Origin: Aliivibrio fischeri ES114 | Lineage (GTDB): Bacteria > Pseudomonadota > Gammaproteobacteria > Enterobacterales > Vibrionaceae | Assembly (NCBI RefSeq): GCF_000011805.1 | Contig: NC_006840.2 | Direction: 5' to 3' (one strand) | DNA: 32,000 nucleotides | Shown: piece after piece, positions 13,197 to 23,010 of the stretch | Numbering within the stretch: the stretch's first letter is position 1 | Layout of the letters: the number at the start of each line of letters is the position of its first letter | Notes under the pieces: generated by a model | The model's database searches: none | What the model saw: only the letters and a program-made list of their open reading frames with translations | What the model was told of the DNA's origin: nothing | Made by a program: the position numbers and the translations under genes

Positions 13197-14492
13197 ATGA
13201 CCAAATCAGCAGAACTTTTTGCAAAAGCGCAAGATAAAATCCCTGGCGGTGTAAACTCTCCTGTTCGTGCTTTTGCTGGCGTTGGTGGCTCACCAATTTT
13301 CGTTGAGCGTGCCGATGGCCCTTTAATTTTTGATGCCGATGGCAAAGCTTATATTGATTATGTTGGTTCTTGGGGTCCAATGATCCTTGGTCATAACCAT
13401 GCAGCAATTCGCGAAGCAGTTATCTCTGCAGCACAACGTGGTTTAAGTTTTGGTGCACCAACTGAAACTGAAATTACTATGGCTGAATTAGTTTCTGAAC
13501 TCGTACCATCAATGGAACAAGTTCGCATGGTAAGTTCAGGTACAGAAGCAACAATGAGTGCGATTCGTTTGGCTCGTGGTTACACTGGACGTGATAAAAT
13601 CATGAAATTTGAAGGCTGTTACCATGGCCATGCTGATAGCTTACTTGTTAAAGCTGGTTCTGGTGCATTAACCCTAGGTCAGCCAAGTTCTCCTGGTGTT
13701 CCTGCTGATTTTGCTAAATACACATTAACAGCAACTTTTAATGATTTAGATTCTGTTCGTGAACTATTCGCTGTAAATAAAGGTGAAATCGCTTGTATTA
13801 TTGTTGAGCCAGTAGCTGGTAACATGAACTGCATTCCACCAGTAGAAGGGTTCCACGAAGGACTTCGTCAAATTTGTGATGAAGAAGGTGCTCTATTAAT
13901 TTTTGATGAAGTAATGACAGGTTTCCGTGTGGCTGAAAACTGTGCTCAAGGTTACTACAACATCAAACCAGACCTAACAACATTAGGTAAAGTAATCGGC
14001 GGTGGTATGCCTGTTGGTGCGTTTGGCGGCCGTAAAGAAGTAATGCAATATATCGCCCCTACTGGCCCTGTTTACCAAGCGGGTACACTTTCTGGTAACC
14101 CTGTTGCGATGGCTGCTGGTTTTGCCTGTTTAAAAGTATTAACTGAAGAAGGCAACGAAAAACGCCTTGCAGATACAACAAGACATCTTGCTAATGGTTT
14201 TAAAGAGTTAGCAAATAAACACGGTATTCCAATGGTTGTAAACCAAGTGGGCGGAATGTTTGGTTTCTTCTTTACTGATCAAGAAACAGTAACCAGCTAC
14301 GCTGATGTTGCTAAGTGTGATATTGAAAGATTTAAACGCTTCTTCCACCTAATGCTTAAGAAAGGGGTATACCTAGCACCTTCTGCATTTGAAGCAAGCT
14401 TCACTTCTTTAGCTCATGGTCCAAAAGAAATCGAAGCGACATTAGAAGCGGCAGATCAATGCTTCGCAATCATTGCTTCAGAAGCAAAATAA
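13197..14492 (+). CDS. hemL: Glutamate-1-semialdehyde 2,1-aminomutase
   Basis: 431-aa ORF: [41 protein letters not shown]-like segment, PLP-Lys motif [19 protein letters not shown]. Confidence 0.97.
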   Translation: MTKSAELFAKAQDKIPGGVNSPVRAFAGVGGSPIFVERADGPLIFDADGKAYIDYVGSWGPMILGHNHAAIREAVISAAQRGLSFGAPTETEITMAELVSELVPSMEQVRMVSSGTEATMSAIRLARGYTGRDKIMKFEGCYHGHADSLLVKAGSGALTLGQPSSPGVPADFAKYTLTATFNDLDSVRELFAVNKGEIACIIVEPVAGNMNCIPPVEGFHEGLRQICDEEGALLIFDEVMTGFRVAENCAQGYYNIKPDLTTLGKVIGGGMPVGAFGGRKEVMQYIAPTGPVYQAGTLSGNPVAMAAGFACLKVLTEEGNEKRLADTTRHLANGFKELANKHGIPMVVNQVGGMFGFFFTDQETVTSYADVAKCDIERFKRFFHLMLKKGVYLAPSAFEASFTSLAHGPKEIEATLEAADQCFAIIASEAK

Positions 14493-14510
14493 AACCTGAT
14501 TAAAACAGAT

Positions 14511-14539
14511 AAAGGCTTTCATTATTGAAAGCCTTTTTT
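14511..14539 (+). terminator. Terminator after hemL
   Basis: AAAGGCTTTC-ATTATT-GAAAGCC TTTTTC stem-loop plus T-run. Confidence 0.85.
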
Positions 14540-14583
14540 CATATAACAAACCACTATAAAAAATCATAATGGCCAATAAACAA

Positions 14584-14694
14584 TTATTGCCAAAAATACA
14601 CTACAGCCACCAATAATCCGATAGCTATCACAGGAATAATTGGAAAACTTTTTTTCTTATTTCCCGCGCATGTCTCTTTATCACAACAGCCCAT
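14584..14694 (-). CDS. Small Cys-rich single-TM protein (36 aa), unannotated in the ORF track
   Basis: Reading the minus strand gives MGCCDKETCAGNKKKSFPIIPVIAIGLLVAVVYFWQ*. GGAG lies 7 nt upstream of the ATG (AATGGAGAGTAACGATG). Cys cluster, Lys patch, then a hydrophobic helix. Confidence 0.6.
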   Translation of the reverse strand: MGCCDKETCAGNKKKSFPIIPVIAIGLLVAVVYFWQ

Positions 14695-14800
14695 CGTTAC
14701 TCTCCATTAATCTTGCTATGATGATCAACTAGCTATATAACTATCTAAATTGCTATCATCTTAATTTCATAAACTGATAATCGCATCATAAGGGAATAAT

Positions 14801-15886
14801 GTGTCTCATTTCAATAAACTGAACTCCAGTCACTGGGTTTTAATTGCCGCTTTGCTTGCTGCTGGTTACGCATGCTTCCTTTTAATTGAGCCCTACTTAA
14901 ATCCAATCATCCTCGCTTTTATTATGTCGCTATTATTTGCACCGTTACATAATAAAATCAGTGATAGACTTCCAAATAGTCCAAACAGCGCAGCAATACT
15001 TTCTTGTATGGCACTCACTTTTATTATCGCCATTCCTCTATTTTTTGTTTTTATTGCTATCGTGCAACAAGGTGCAACATTCTCAAAAGACGCTTATCAC
15101 TGGGTAATAGACGGTGGCATACAAACGTTATTTCAGCACCCATTTGTAGCTAAGGTATTGTCTTTTATTAATAAGTATCTACCTTTTGATGCTATCGACC
15201 CTGCAGAAGTCACCCAAAAAGTAGCTCAATTAGCTTCACAAATAGGTACTCGAATTGTCGGTATGAGCGCTCAAATCGTTGGCGATGTTACCAACGTTCT
15301 AATGAATTTCTTTTTAATGTTATTTGTTTTGTTCTTTTTACTTCGCGATCAAGACAAAATTATCTCAGCATTTCGTCATGTACTGCCACTTTCTCGCAGT
15401 CAAGAAGATCGCTTATTAGATGAGATTGAACAAGTATCTAAATCGGCGGTTCTTGGTTCATTTCTCACAGCAATAGCACAAGGTATTGCTGGTGGTTTTG
15501 CAATGTGGCTTGCAGGATTCCCGGGGCTATTTTGGGGAACAATGATGGGGTTTGCTTCATTTATTCCAGTTGTCGGTACCGCTTTAATCTGGGTTCCAGC
15601 AACCATTTATCTATTGCTTACTAATCAATGGGAATGGGCAATCTTCTTAACAGCATGGGGCGTGTTAGTTGTAGGGTCTATCGATAACATCGTACGTCCA
15701 CTCTTAATGCAAGGTAATTCAGGTATGAATACCTTACTGATTTTCTTCTCTTTATTAGGTGGTATTCAACTTTACGGTCTAATTGGTTTAATTTATGGGC
15801 CAATCATTTTTGCTCTAACGCTGGTTTTATTTAACATGTATGAAACTGAGTTTAAGAGTTTTTTAGATCAACAAGATAAGAACTAA
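14801..15886 (+). CDS. AI-2E family transporter / PerM-like permease
   Basis: 361-aa ORF with PSRLPNSPNSAAILSCMALTFIIAIPL, VVGSIDNIVRPLLMQG and LSLLGGIQLYGLIGLIYGPIIFAL, hallmark AI-2E/UPF0118 motifs. Confidence 0.92.
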   Translation: MSHFNKLNSSHWVLIAALLAAGYACFLLIEPYLNPIILAFIMSLLFAPLHNKISDRLPNSPNSAAILSCMALTFIIAIPLFFVFIAIVQQGATFSKDAYHWVIDGGIQTLFQHPFVAKVLSFINKYLPFDAIDPAEVTQKVAQLASQIGTRIVGMSAQIVGDVTNVLMNFFLMLFVLFFLLRDQDKIISAFRHVLPLSRSQEDRLLDEIEQVSKSAVLGSFLTAIAQGIAGGFAMWLAGFPGLFWGTMMGFASFIPVVGTALIWVPATIYLLLTNQWEWAIFLTAWGVLVVGSIDNIVRPLLMQGNSGMNTLLIFFSLLGGIQLYGLIGLIYGPIIFALTLVLFNMYETEFKSFLDQQDKN

Positions 15887-15904
15887 ACCACAATTAAAAC
15901 TCTT

Positions 15905-15946
15905 TAAGGCCACTGATTTTCATCATCTTCAGTGGCCTTTTCTTTT
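15905..15946 (+). terminator. Terminator after the AI-2E family gene
   Basis: AAGGCCACTGA...TCAGTGGCCTT followed by TTCTTTTCC. Overlaps the artificial N-terminal extension of the downstream ORF. Confidence 0.75.
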
Positions 15947-16003
15947 CCTTCAAAGCACTTTGTGGGACAATCCTGCCAGTTTTTATATTATTTCGAGGCC
16001 ATA

Positions 16004-17023
16004 ATGTCTTACTCTGCACCAAGTCAAATTACTCAACGCCAACTTGCTTACTTTGAAGGCAAGCATGTTCTCATTGCTGGTGAGTTAATCGATGACTTTC
16101 CTTTTGAGCTAGCAAAGCATTGTGAATCAACCTCAATTTTCACAACAAATTACTCATACTATAAGCAATTTGCTGGGCATAATTCTATTCAATGTTATTT
16201 TGGTTCTGAATTAACAGAGCCGACTAATGTCGACATGATCTTACTCTACTGGCCTAAAGCGAAAGCAGAAGCGGAATACTTACTGACTATGCTGCTAGCA
16301 AAACTGGGTAAAAACACGGAAATTGTTGTTGTTGGTGAAAACCGAAGTGGTGTAAAAAGCATTGAAAAAATGTTTGCTGATTTTGGCCCGATAAATAAAT
16401 TTGATTCAGCTCGTCGTTGTAGCTTTTATTGGGGTCAGTGCACTGAAGAAGCACCAACATTCAATCAACAAGATTGGTTTAAAGAATACCAAGTTGAATT
16501 TGAAAACCACACTATAGAAGTAAGAAGCTTACCTGGTGTATTTAGCCATGGTGAATTTGATAAAGGTTCTGAGCTTTTACTGCAAACCTTACCTGCACTA
16601 CGAGGTCATGTACTTGATTTTGGGTGTGGTGCAGGTGTGATTGGCTCGGTAATGAAAACAATCAACCCTAAAATTCACTTAGATATGGTTGATATCAGTG
16701 CGCTTGCAATAGCCTCGTCTATTGAAACGTTAAAAGCTAATAACCTTGAAGGCAATGTATTTGCAAGTGACGTGTATTCTGATACGAAAGAGAATTACCA
16801 ATTTATTGTCAGTAATCCTCCTTTTCATGCTGGTCTAAAAACACATTACTCTTCAACAGAAGAACTATTAGAAAAAGCACCACAAAATCTAACCCATGAA
16901 GGACAATTAATTTTAGTGGCCAATAGCTTTTTACAGTACCCACCAATCATTGAAAAAGCATTTGGTGAGTGTTTAACATTAGCTAAAAATAACAAATTTA
17001 AGATCTATTCAGCTCAAAAATAA
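16004..17023 (+). CDS. rsmC: 16S rRNA (guanine(1207)-N(2))-methyltransferase RsmC
   Basis: ORF with [18 protein letters not shown]-binding motif and [11 protein letters not shown] catalytic motif. The track starts it at 15932, but ATG 16004 ([13 protein letters not shown]) has a GAGG RBS and avoids the upstream terminator. Confidence 0.9.
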   Translation: MSYSAPSQITQRQLAYFEGKHVLIAGELIDDFPFELAKHCESTSIFTTNYSYYKQFAGHNSIQCYFGSELTEPTNVDMILLYWPKAKAEAEYLLTMLLAKLGKNTEIVVVGENRSGVKSIEKMFADFGPINKFDSARRCSFYWGQCTEEAPTFNQQDWFKEYQVEFENHTIEVRSLPGVFSHGEFDKGSELLLQTLPALRGHVLDFGCGAGVIGSVMKTINPKIHLDMVDISALAIASSIETLKANNLEGNVFASDVYSDTKENYQFIVSNPPFHAGLKTHYSSTEELLEKAPQNLTHEGQLILVANSFLQYPPIIEKAFGECLTLAKNNKFKIYSAQK

Positions 17024-17188
17024 TTCTTGCCTCCCGCCGCACTTTATCACTCTGCTGCTTGATTTTTAACATGAATTAAGTATAAGAAGCAGCAGAGTTT
17101 CTCGTTAAAATCAAACTCAATAAAATTTACTGACACGTTAAATATGTCAATTTCGCTGAATGGATAACAGTGTGGACTAGGCCTTCAA

Positions 17189-20100
17189 ATGGATAAAAAA
17201 CAACACTTTAAACGTCTACAAAATACGTTGATGATTGCGTTTCTTGTTTTAAGCATAACGCCACTATCACTTATTGCAATTTTCTTTCTTCACTCTCATA
17301 GCCAAGATCTTGCAACGCAAAGTACCGCACATCTTGTGTCATTACGAGACAACAAAGAACAACAAATTACAAACTACTTTAAAGGCCGTAAATCCGAAGT
17401 ATTAGGGTTTGCTCGCTCTGAACTAGCTAATGCAAGTGGCGGTCGATTTTACGGTTTGGTTAGTGCCTTTCCACACTTAGGAACCTCCATAGAAGACGCT
17501 CGTAAAAACGCACAACTACGGTATATTACCGGTTCTGGTGATAAAATTAGAACCAGTGTTCTTCCTGAATCAGACTCTTATATTGGTAGTGAACGCTACC
17601 GTCTTCTACATAAACGTTACCATTGGGCATATTTAGAACTCTTAAAACGTTCAGACTTTAGTGACGTTCTATTAGTTGATATTAATGGCAACGTTGTGTA
17701 TTCCAAAGCCAAAGAAGACAATTATGGTACGAATTTATTAACAGGTAAGTACAAAGACAGTACGTTAGCGGATACATATAAAAAGATCCGAACATTAATG
17801 AAAAAGCCTGAGAGCGAAGATAATATTCCTATCATTTTTTCTGATTTCAATACCATAAATAACGAAACGGTAGCATGGTTTGCAGCTCCAATAGTACAGC
17901 AAGGTTATTTACATAGCTTTGCTCTATTCAAATTACCAAATACAGGTCTAATTGAATTGATTGGAGATAATACTGATACAAGTTCCATCAAAACCTACTT
18001 TGTAGGCCAAGACTCTTACTCCCGTATCAGCAATGAAGACATTGAAAAAAACCTCTCTGAAAATATGAAGTTGGCACTATCAGGTGAATCAAATGTCGGT
18101 AGCTTTATTGATAAGCACGGAGAAAAAGTGCTTGCTGCATTTACTTCTATTAATGTTGATGGGCATTTATGGGGACTATCACTTGAACTTCCAGAAAAAG
18201 AAGCTTTTGCTCGCATTCAACAACTTGAGCAAATCTTTGTTATTGCAATGATAATAGCCATTGTCTGTGTTGTTATTGCTTCGCATTTCTTATCTAACTC
18301 AATCACAGCACCACTTTTACGCTTAACATGGGCGGCAGAACGAGTGTCTGCTGGTGATCTTGATCAAGAGATGATCAGCACGGATAGAAAAGATGAAATT
18401 GGTCGCTTAGCGGTTAGTTTTGCACGAATGCAACGCTCAATAAGAGAAAAAATTCAACTAATTAAAGACCAAAATGAAGAGCTTGAAGCTAACTTAGCCA
18501 CCATTCAATTAAAGAACAATGAACTGGAAGCTGCTGATAAGTTAAAAGATGAATTTTTAGCAACCACATCGCATGAGTTAAGAACACCATTACATGGAAT
18601 GGTTGGCATTGCAGAAGCCTTATACACTGGAGCTAACGGTCCAATATCAGCATCTCATCGCCATCAATTAGAGATCATTATAAATAGCGGTCAACGCTTA
18701 ACAAGCCTGGTTAATGACCTACTTGATTATCATAAAATGCGTCATGGTAACCTTGATATAAATAAACATGTTACCGATTTATCCTCTGCAACCAGTTTAG
18801 TTCTGGAGTTATCGCAACACCTTCTTGGAAACAAATCCATCCGTATTATTAACCAAGTAGATAAATCATTACCTGTTGTTTTTGTCGATGAACAACGCCT
18901 TGAACAGGTTCTTTATAATCTTATTGGCAATGCGATTAAATATACATCAGAAGGTAAAATTGTTATCTCAGCAAGTGTTGTAGATCAATTCTTGCGAGTT
19001 CAGGTCGTAGACACTGGGCACGGAATTCCGGCTGATGAATTAGAACATATTTTTGAACCATTAATTCAAGCTGGTCATGATTCAAACCGCTATCGTCAAG
19101 GCTCTGGTCTTGGTCTATCAATCAGTCGACAATTAATTGAATTAATGGGCGGTTCTTTATATGTGAGTAGCCAACCAATGGTAGGAGCGACATTTAGCTT
19201 TACCCTTCCTCTTGCAACTAAAGAACAAATTCAACAACACAAATTGCTTGCTCAAGAAGGTATTACTCACTATCAAACGCCTGAAAAACTTGAATATAAT
19301 TTAGATGAGATTGATGAGGAATTACCAGAAAACCCTGAGGGCCCACTTTTATTAGTTGCGGATGATGAACCCGTCAATCTACAAGTACTTACTAGTTTCT
19401 TAAAACTCGAAGGGTACCGAGTGAAAGTGGCTAATGATGGACCTGAAACATTAAAAGTATTTGAAGAAGAAAAGCCTGAATTATTATTGCTTGATGTCAT
19501 GATGCCAGGAATGAGCGGCTATGAAGTATGCCAATCATTAAGAGAGACTTATAGCCACTCTGAACTACCTATTATTATGTTAACAGCCTTAAATCAAACT
19601 CAAGATAGAATTCGAGGTTTTGAGTCAGGCGCTAACGACTATTTAAGTAAGCCTTTTAATAAACAAGAACTAGCAGCTCGAATAAAAGCGCACCTTAAAG
19701 CAAGTAAGGCTGAATTATTCTTAAGTGAAAATGACCGTCTACAGCAGGAAATTCGCCATAGAGAAAAAGTAGAAGCCAGTTTACTTGAGACACAGGCTCA
19801 TATATTAGAGCAACTTAATCATGCACAAGAAGCCATTATATGCGCAAAAAGTGATGGAAAAATTAAGTATGTAAATAACTCTGCTGCAAAACTATTTCAA
19901 AGAACAGAAGAACAACTTTCACGTTATTCTATTGATGAGCTAATAGCTAAACGTAGCCTTATTGAAAGTAAACAAAACCACCGTGGCAATATTGATGTTT
20001 ATATTGATGGTGAAATAACACAAATAAACGCTGATTTATTACATCTTCCTGCAGAGTCCGGGCTATCCCTTATTCTTGTAGTTAGCCATAAACACGAAGC

Positions 20101-20569
20101 AAACGAACAACGAATTCATGACTTAGAAAGTGCAGTAGAAGCACTATCTGCATTTGCATTCGAAGGCGATAAACAAAAGCTAAACTCGCTATCACTAGTT
20201 GGTGGGGATATTGCTCAACTAGCCACTAAAGCCAATGAAAATAAAGAAGACAAAGGCACTATCATGCGAGAACTCATTGTTGACGGCATGATCTCAGGCC
20301 TTTCTTATTGGGAAGAGTCTACAGGGCAAACCAAATACACTCTCGCAGAAGAGAGTGGGTTATGGCGAGTGTATTTAGATAGAAGCACACTACAAACACG
20401 TACACTTGATAAATACTTACGAGTAGAAACTCTGCCAAAAACACCACGCTGGAGAACCGTAATTAGTACGTTAGAGTACATTTTAGAACATTGTGAGCAA
20501 TACAATGACCAACGTGACAAACTGGTTAGAATTAAAGATAAACTACAAATACTCATATCCAACAACTAA
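17189..20569 (+). CDS. chiS: Hybrid sensor histidine kinase; chitin catabolic cascade regulator ChiS
   Basis: 1126-aa ORF: N-terminal TM, large periplasmic domain, second TM, HAMP, HisKA (ATTSHELRTPLHGMVG), HATPase (NLIGNAIKYT, GLGLSISRQLIELMGG), receiver (LLLLDVMMPGMSG), PAS-like region and an extra C-terminal module. Lies directly upstream of the (GlcNAc)2 operon, matching the V. cholerae chiS layout. Confidence 0.88.
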   Translation: MDKKQHFKRLQNTLMIAFLVLSITPLSLIAIFFLHSHSQDLATQSTAHLVSLRDNKEQQITNYFKGRKSEVLGFARSELANASGGRFYGLVSAFPHLGTSIEDARKNAQLRYITGSGDKIRTSVLPESDSYIGSERYRLLHKRYHWAYLELLKRSDFSDVLLVDINGNVVYSKAKEDNYGTNLLTGKYKDSTLADTYKKIRTLMKKPESEDNIPIIFSDFNTINNETVAWFAAPIVQQGYLHSFALFKLPNTGLIELIGDNTDTSSIKTYFVGQDSYSRISNEDIEKNLSENMKLALSGESNVGSFIDKHGEKVLAAFTSINVDGHLWGLSLELPEKEAFARIQQLEQIFVIAMIIAIVCVVIASHFLSNSITAPLLRLTWAAERVSAGDLDQEMISTDRKDEIGRLAVSFARMQRSIREKIQLIKDQNEELEANLATIQLKNNELEAADKLKDEFLATTSHELRTPLHGMVGIAEALYTGANGPISASHRHQLEIIINSGQRLTSLVNDLLDYHKMRHGNLDINKHVTDLSSATSLVLELSQHLLGNKSIRIINQVDKSLPVVFVDEQRLEQVLYNLIGNAIKYTSEGKIVISASVVDQFLRVQVVDTGHGIPADELEHIFEPLIQAGHDSNRYRQGSGLGLSISRQLIELMGGSLYVSSQPMVGATFSFTLPLATKEQIQQHKLLAQEGITHYQTPEKLEYNLDEIDEELPENPEGPLLLVADDEPVNLQVLTSFLKLEGYRVKVANDGPETLKVFEEEKPELLLLDVMMPGMSGYEVCQSLRETYSHSELPIIMLTALNQTQDRIRGFESGANDYLSKPFNKQELAARIKAHLKASKAELFLSENDRLQQEIRHREKVEASLLETQAHILEQLNHAQEAIICAKSDGKIKYVNNSAAKLFQRTEEQLSRYSIDELIAKRSLIESKQNHRGNIDVYIDGEITQINADLLHLPAESGLSLILVVSHKHEANEQRIHDLESAVEALSAFAFEGDKQKLNSLSLVGGDIAQLATKANENKEDKGTIMRELIVDGMISGLSYWEESTGQTKYTLAEESGLWRVYLDRSTLQTRTLDKYLRVETLPKTPRWRTVISTLEYILEHCEQYNDQRDKLVRIKDKLQILISNN

Positions 20570-20592
20570 TTTTACCATCGTAACTCAAACTA

Positions 20593-20621
20593 AAAGCCCG
20601 TATATTTACGGGCTTTTTTTT
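20593..20621 (+). terminator. Terminator after chiS
   Basis: AAAGCCCGTA-TATT-TACGGGCTTTTTTTT. Confidence 0.88.
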
Positions 20622-20800
20622 CACCACTACCAAATTCACGGTTCAAAAAAAGCACTTAATCAGCACAGTAATTTGACTGTATTTAGCTATTTTTTAATGG
20701 AAAAAACTCATCTATTATATATTTGTCATAATTATGAGAAGCGACTCACAACAAACCTTGTCCAATAATTTTAGCGATAAAATTAACGATAGAGATCACA

Positions 20801-20816
20801 GGTGATCAAGGTCACC
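20801..20816. promoter_or_regulatory. Candidate CRP-like site (weaker)
   Basis: GGTGA-TCAAGG-TCACC, 8/10 match to TGTGA-N6-TCACA half-sites. Confidence 0.35.
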
Positions 20817-20903
20817 ACTATAGAATAAGAAAAAAGAATACATATTCACAAAGGTTAAACCGGTAAGTAAATACTAACTTAGCAGCATACAGAATGGTAT
20901 ATA

Positions 20904-20919
20904 TGAGATAAAGGTCACA
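20904..20919. promoter_or_regulatory. Candidate CRP-binding site upstream of the chitobiose operon
   Basis: TGAGA-TAAAGG-TCACA, 9/10 match to TGTGA-N6-TCACA, about 270 bp upstream of the binding-protein gene. Confidence 0.5.
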
Positions 20920-20955
20920 CCACTAGAATAGAGTAAAAAACACACACAATTACAG

Positions 20956-21004
20956 AAAATAACGTTTTTGACGTTAAAAAAAGTTATTTTGCCGTTTTTA
21001 ACGG
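20956..21004. promoter_or_regulatory. Cluster of inverted repeats, candidate regulator (ChiS?) binding region
   Basis: AAAATAAC (20956-20963)...GTTATTTT (20983-20990); nested AACGT...ACGTT (20961-20965/20971-20975); CCGTT-TTT-AACGG (20992-21004). Confidence 0.4.
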
Positions 21005-21189
21005 TAATCCAAATTGACGTTTTGATCCGAAAACGGTTTCCTATACATGCCCAAGGCCTACAGACCACTCAAAAACCATTAGAAAGGCAATTTGGAAAAA
21101 TGGATTTGAGGTAAGCCTTTAATGTGTGTTTATCAAATTGATAAAGACGTATATATCGTGAAACTAAAGCAAAGAGTAAGGAACAGCTA

Positions 21190-22862
21190 TGCTTGCCAAT
21201 ATTAAAAAAACTACATTAGCTGCTGCAGTACTTGCAGCAACAACGGGTTTTGCAGCTACAGATGCAGCGGCACGAAGTGAGCTAACAGTAGTACCAGATT
21301 TCTACCCTACAATGATCCAAAACTTTAACCCATACCTTGCAACTAACCTTCGTACAACAACAGATTTTGTTTACGAACCACTAGTTATCTTTAATGAAAT
21401 GCATGGTAACAAACCAGTTATGCGTCTTGCGGAAGATTTCCGTATGTCTGATGACCTTATGAGTGTAACTTTTGACATTCGTAAAGGTGTTAAATGGTCT
21501 GATGGTGAGAAATTCACAGCTGACGACGTAATTTACTCTTATAACCTACTAAAAGATAAGCCAGAGCTTGATCAACGCGGTATCAATAAGTGGGTTACAA
21601 ACGTTGAACGTGTAAATGAATACCAAGTTAAATTCAGCCTATCTGAAGCTAACTCAAACGTTCCATACGAAATTTCACTAGTTCCAATCGTTGCTGAGCA
21701 CATTTGGTCTAAAGTGAAAGATCCAACAACATTTACAAATGAAAACCCAGTAGGTACAGGTCCATTTACTGAGATCGATACTTTTACACCTCAACTTTAC
21801 ATTCAGTGTCGTAACCCTAACTACTGGGATAACGATAACCTAGATGTGGACTGTTTACGTGTACCTCAAATCGCAAACAACGACCAATTACTAGGTAAGA
21901 TTGTTAACTCTGAACTAGACTGGACTTCTTCTTTCGTTCCAGATATCGATCGTACATACGCTTCAGCAAGTCCTAACCACCAATACTGGTACCCGCCATC
22001 AGGTACACAAGCATTCATGGTTAACTTCAAAAACCCTGATGCAGCTAAAAACGAAGCGTTAACAAACGTTGAGTTCCGTCGTGCTATGGGTATGGCTCTT
22101 GACCGTCAAACAATCATTGATATCGCATTCTACGGCGGCGGTACTGTGAATGATTTCGCATCTGGTCTTGGTTATGCATTTGAAGCATGGTCTGATGAAG
22201 ATACTCATAACAAGTATAAGAAATTCAACACATACAACGTTGAAGGCGCTAAAAAGCAACTAGCTAAAGCTGGCTTTAAAGACGTAAACGGCGATGGATA
22301 TGTTGATACTCCATCAGGTAAACCTTTCGAGCTTCTAATCCAATCACCAAACGGCTGGACTGACTTTAACAACACAGTTCAACTTGCTGTAGAGCAATTA
22401 GATGAAGTTGGTATCAAAGCGAAAGCTCGTACTCCTGAGTTCGCGGTATACAACCAAGCAATGCTAGAAGGTACTTATGATGTAGCTTACACAAACTACT
22501 TCCACGGTGCCGATCCACACCTATACTGGAACAGTGCTTACAACTCAGCACTTCAAGAAGGTGATGGTATGCCTCGTTTCGCAATGCACTACTTCAAAGA
22601 TGCGAAACTTGATGCTCTACTTGATAGCTTCTACAAAACAGCTGATCGTGATGAGCAATTAGAAATCGCTCATGGCATTCAGAAAATCATCGCTGAAAAC
22701 CAAGTAACACTCCCTGTGATGTCTGGTGCTTACATGTACCAATACAACACAAAACGCTTCAGCGGTTGGTGGAACGAGAAGAATCCTAAGGGCCGTCCAA
22801 ATATCTGGGCTGGTATCCCTGAGCGTCTTCTACACGTTCTTGACCTAAAACCTGTTAAGTAA
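21190..22862 (+). CDS. cbp: Periplasmic (GlcNAc)2 / chitin-oligosaccharide binding protein, SBP family 5 (DppA/OppA-like)
   Basis: Sec signal peptide MLANIKKTTLAAAVLAATTGFAATDAAA; family 5 SBP motifs (YEPLVIFNE, GVKWSDGEKFTADDVIYSYNLL). First gene of the operon. Track start is 21189 by its convention; the ATG is 21190-21192 by my count, so allow a 1-nt uncertainty. Confidence 0.88.
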
Positions 22863-22877
22863 TATGTAACTGTCTTT

Positions 22878-22900
22878 GCGGTGCACCCTTTGTGCACCGC
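22878..22900 (+). other. Intercistronic stem-loop between the binding-protein and permease genes
   Basis: GCGGTGCAC-CCTTT-GTGCACCGC: 9-bp perfect GC-rich stem, not followed by a T-run. Confidence 0.7.
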
Positions 22901-23010
22901 CTATTCCCCCCCTTCCCTACTAGCTAAAGGAATGGCGCTCGTCGTCAGGGGATTTTATGTCCTGATTTCCAGGTCAGGCAAACAATATCTGGATGAGTAA
23001 GGTGTGAGTT

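Noticed and set aside
13097-13407. Minus-strand ORFs (82 and 75 aa) overlapping the erpA-hemL gap and hemL start
   Set aside because: They are the antisense shadow of hemL and the intergenic region, with no recognisable domains.
15932-16003. 24-codon N-terminal extension of the rsmC ORF in the track
   Set aside because: It overlaps the preceding terminator hairpin; the internal ATG at 16004 has an RBS and begins the conserved protein.
20493-20768. 91-aa ORF overlapping the 3' end of chiS and its terminator
   Set aside because: It crosses a strong terminator and has no RBS or recognisable family; most likely chance.
20865-20886. GTAAGTAAATAC / TAAGT...ACTTA as a possible SlmA-like site
   Set aside because: Only about 8/12 agreement with the GTGAGTACTCAC consensus as I recall it; too weak to report as a site.
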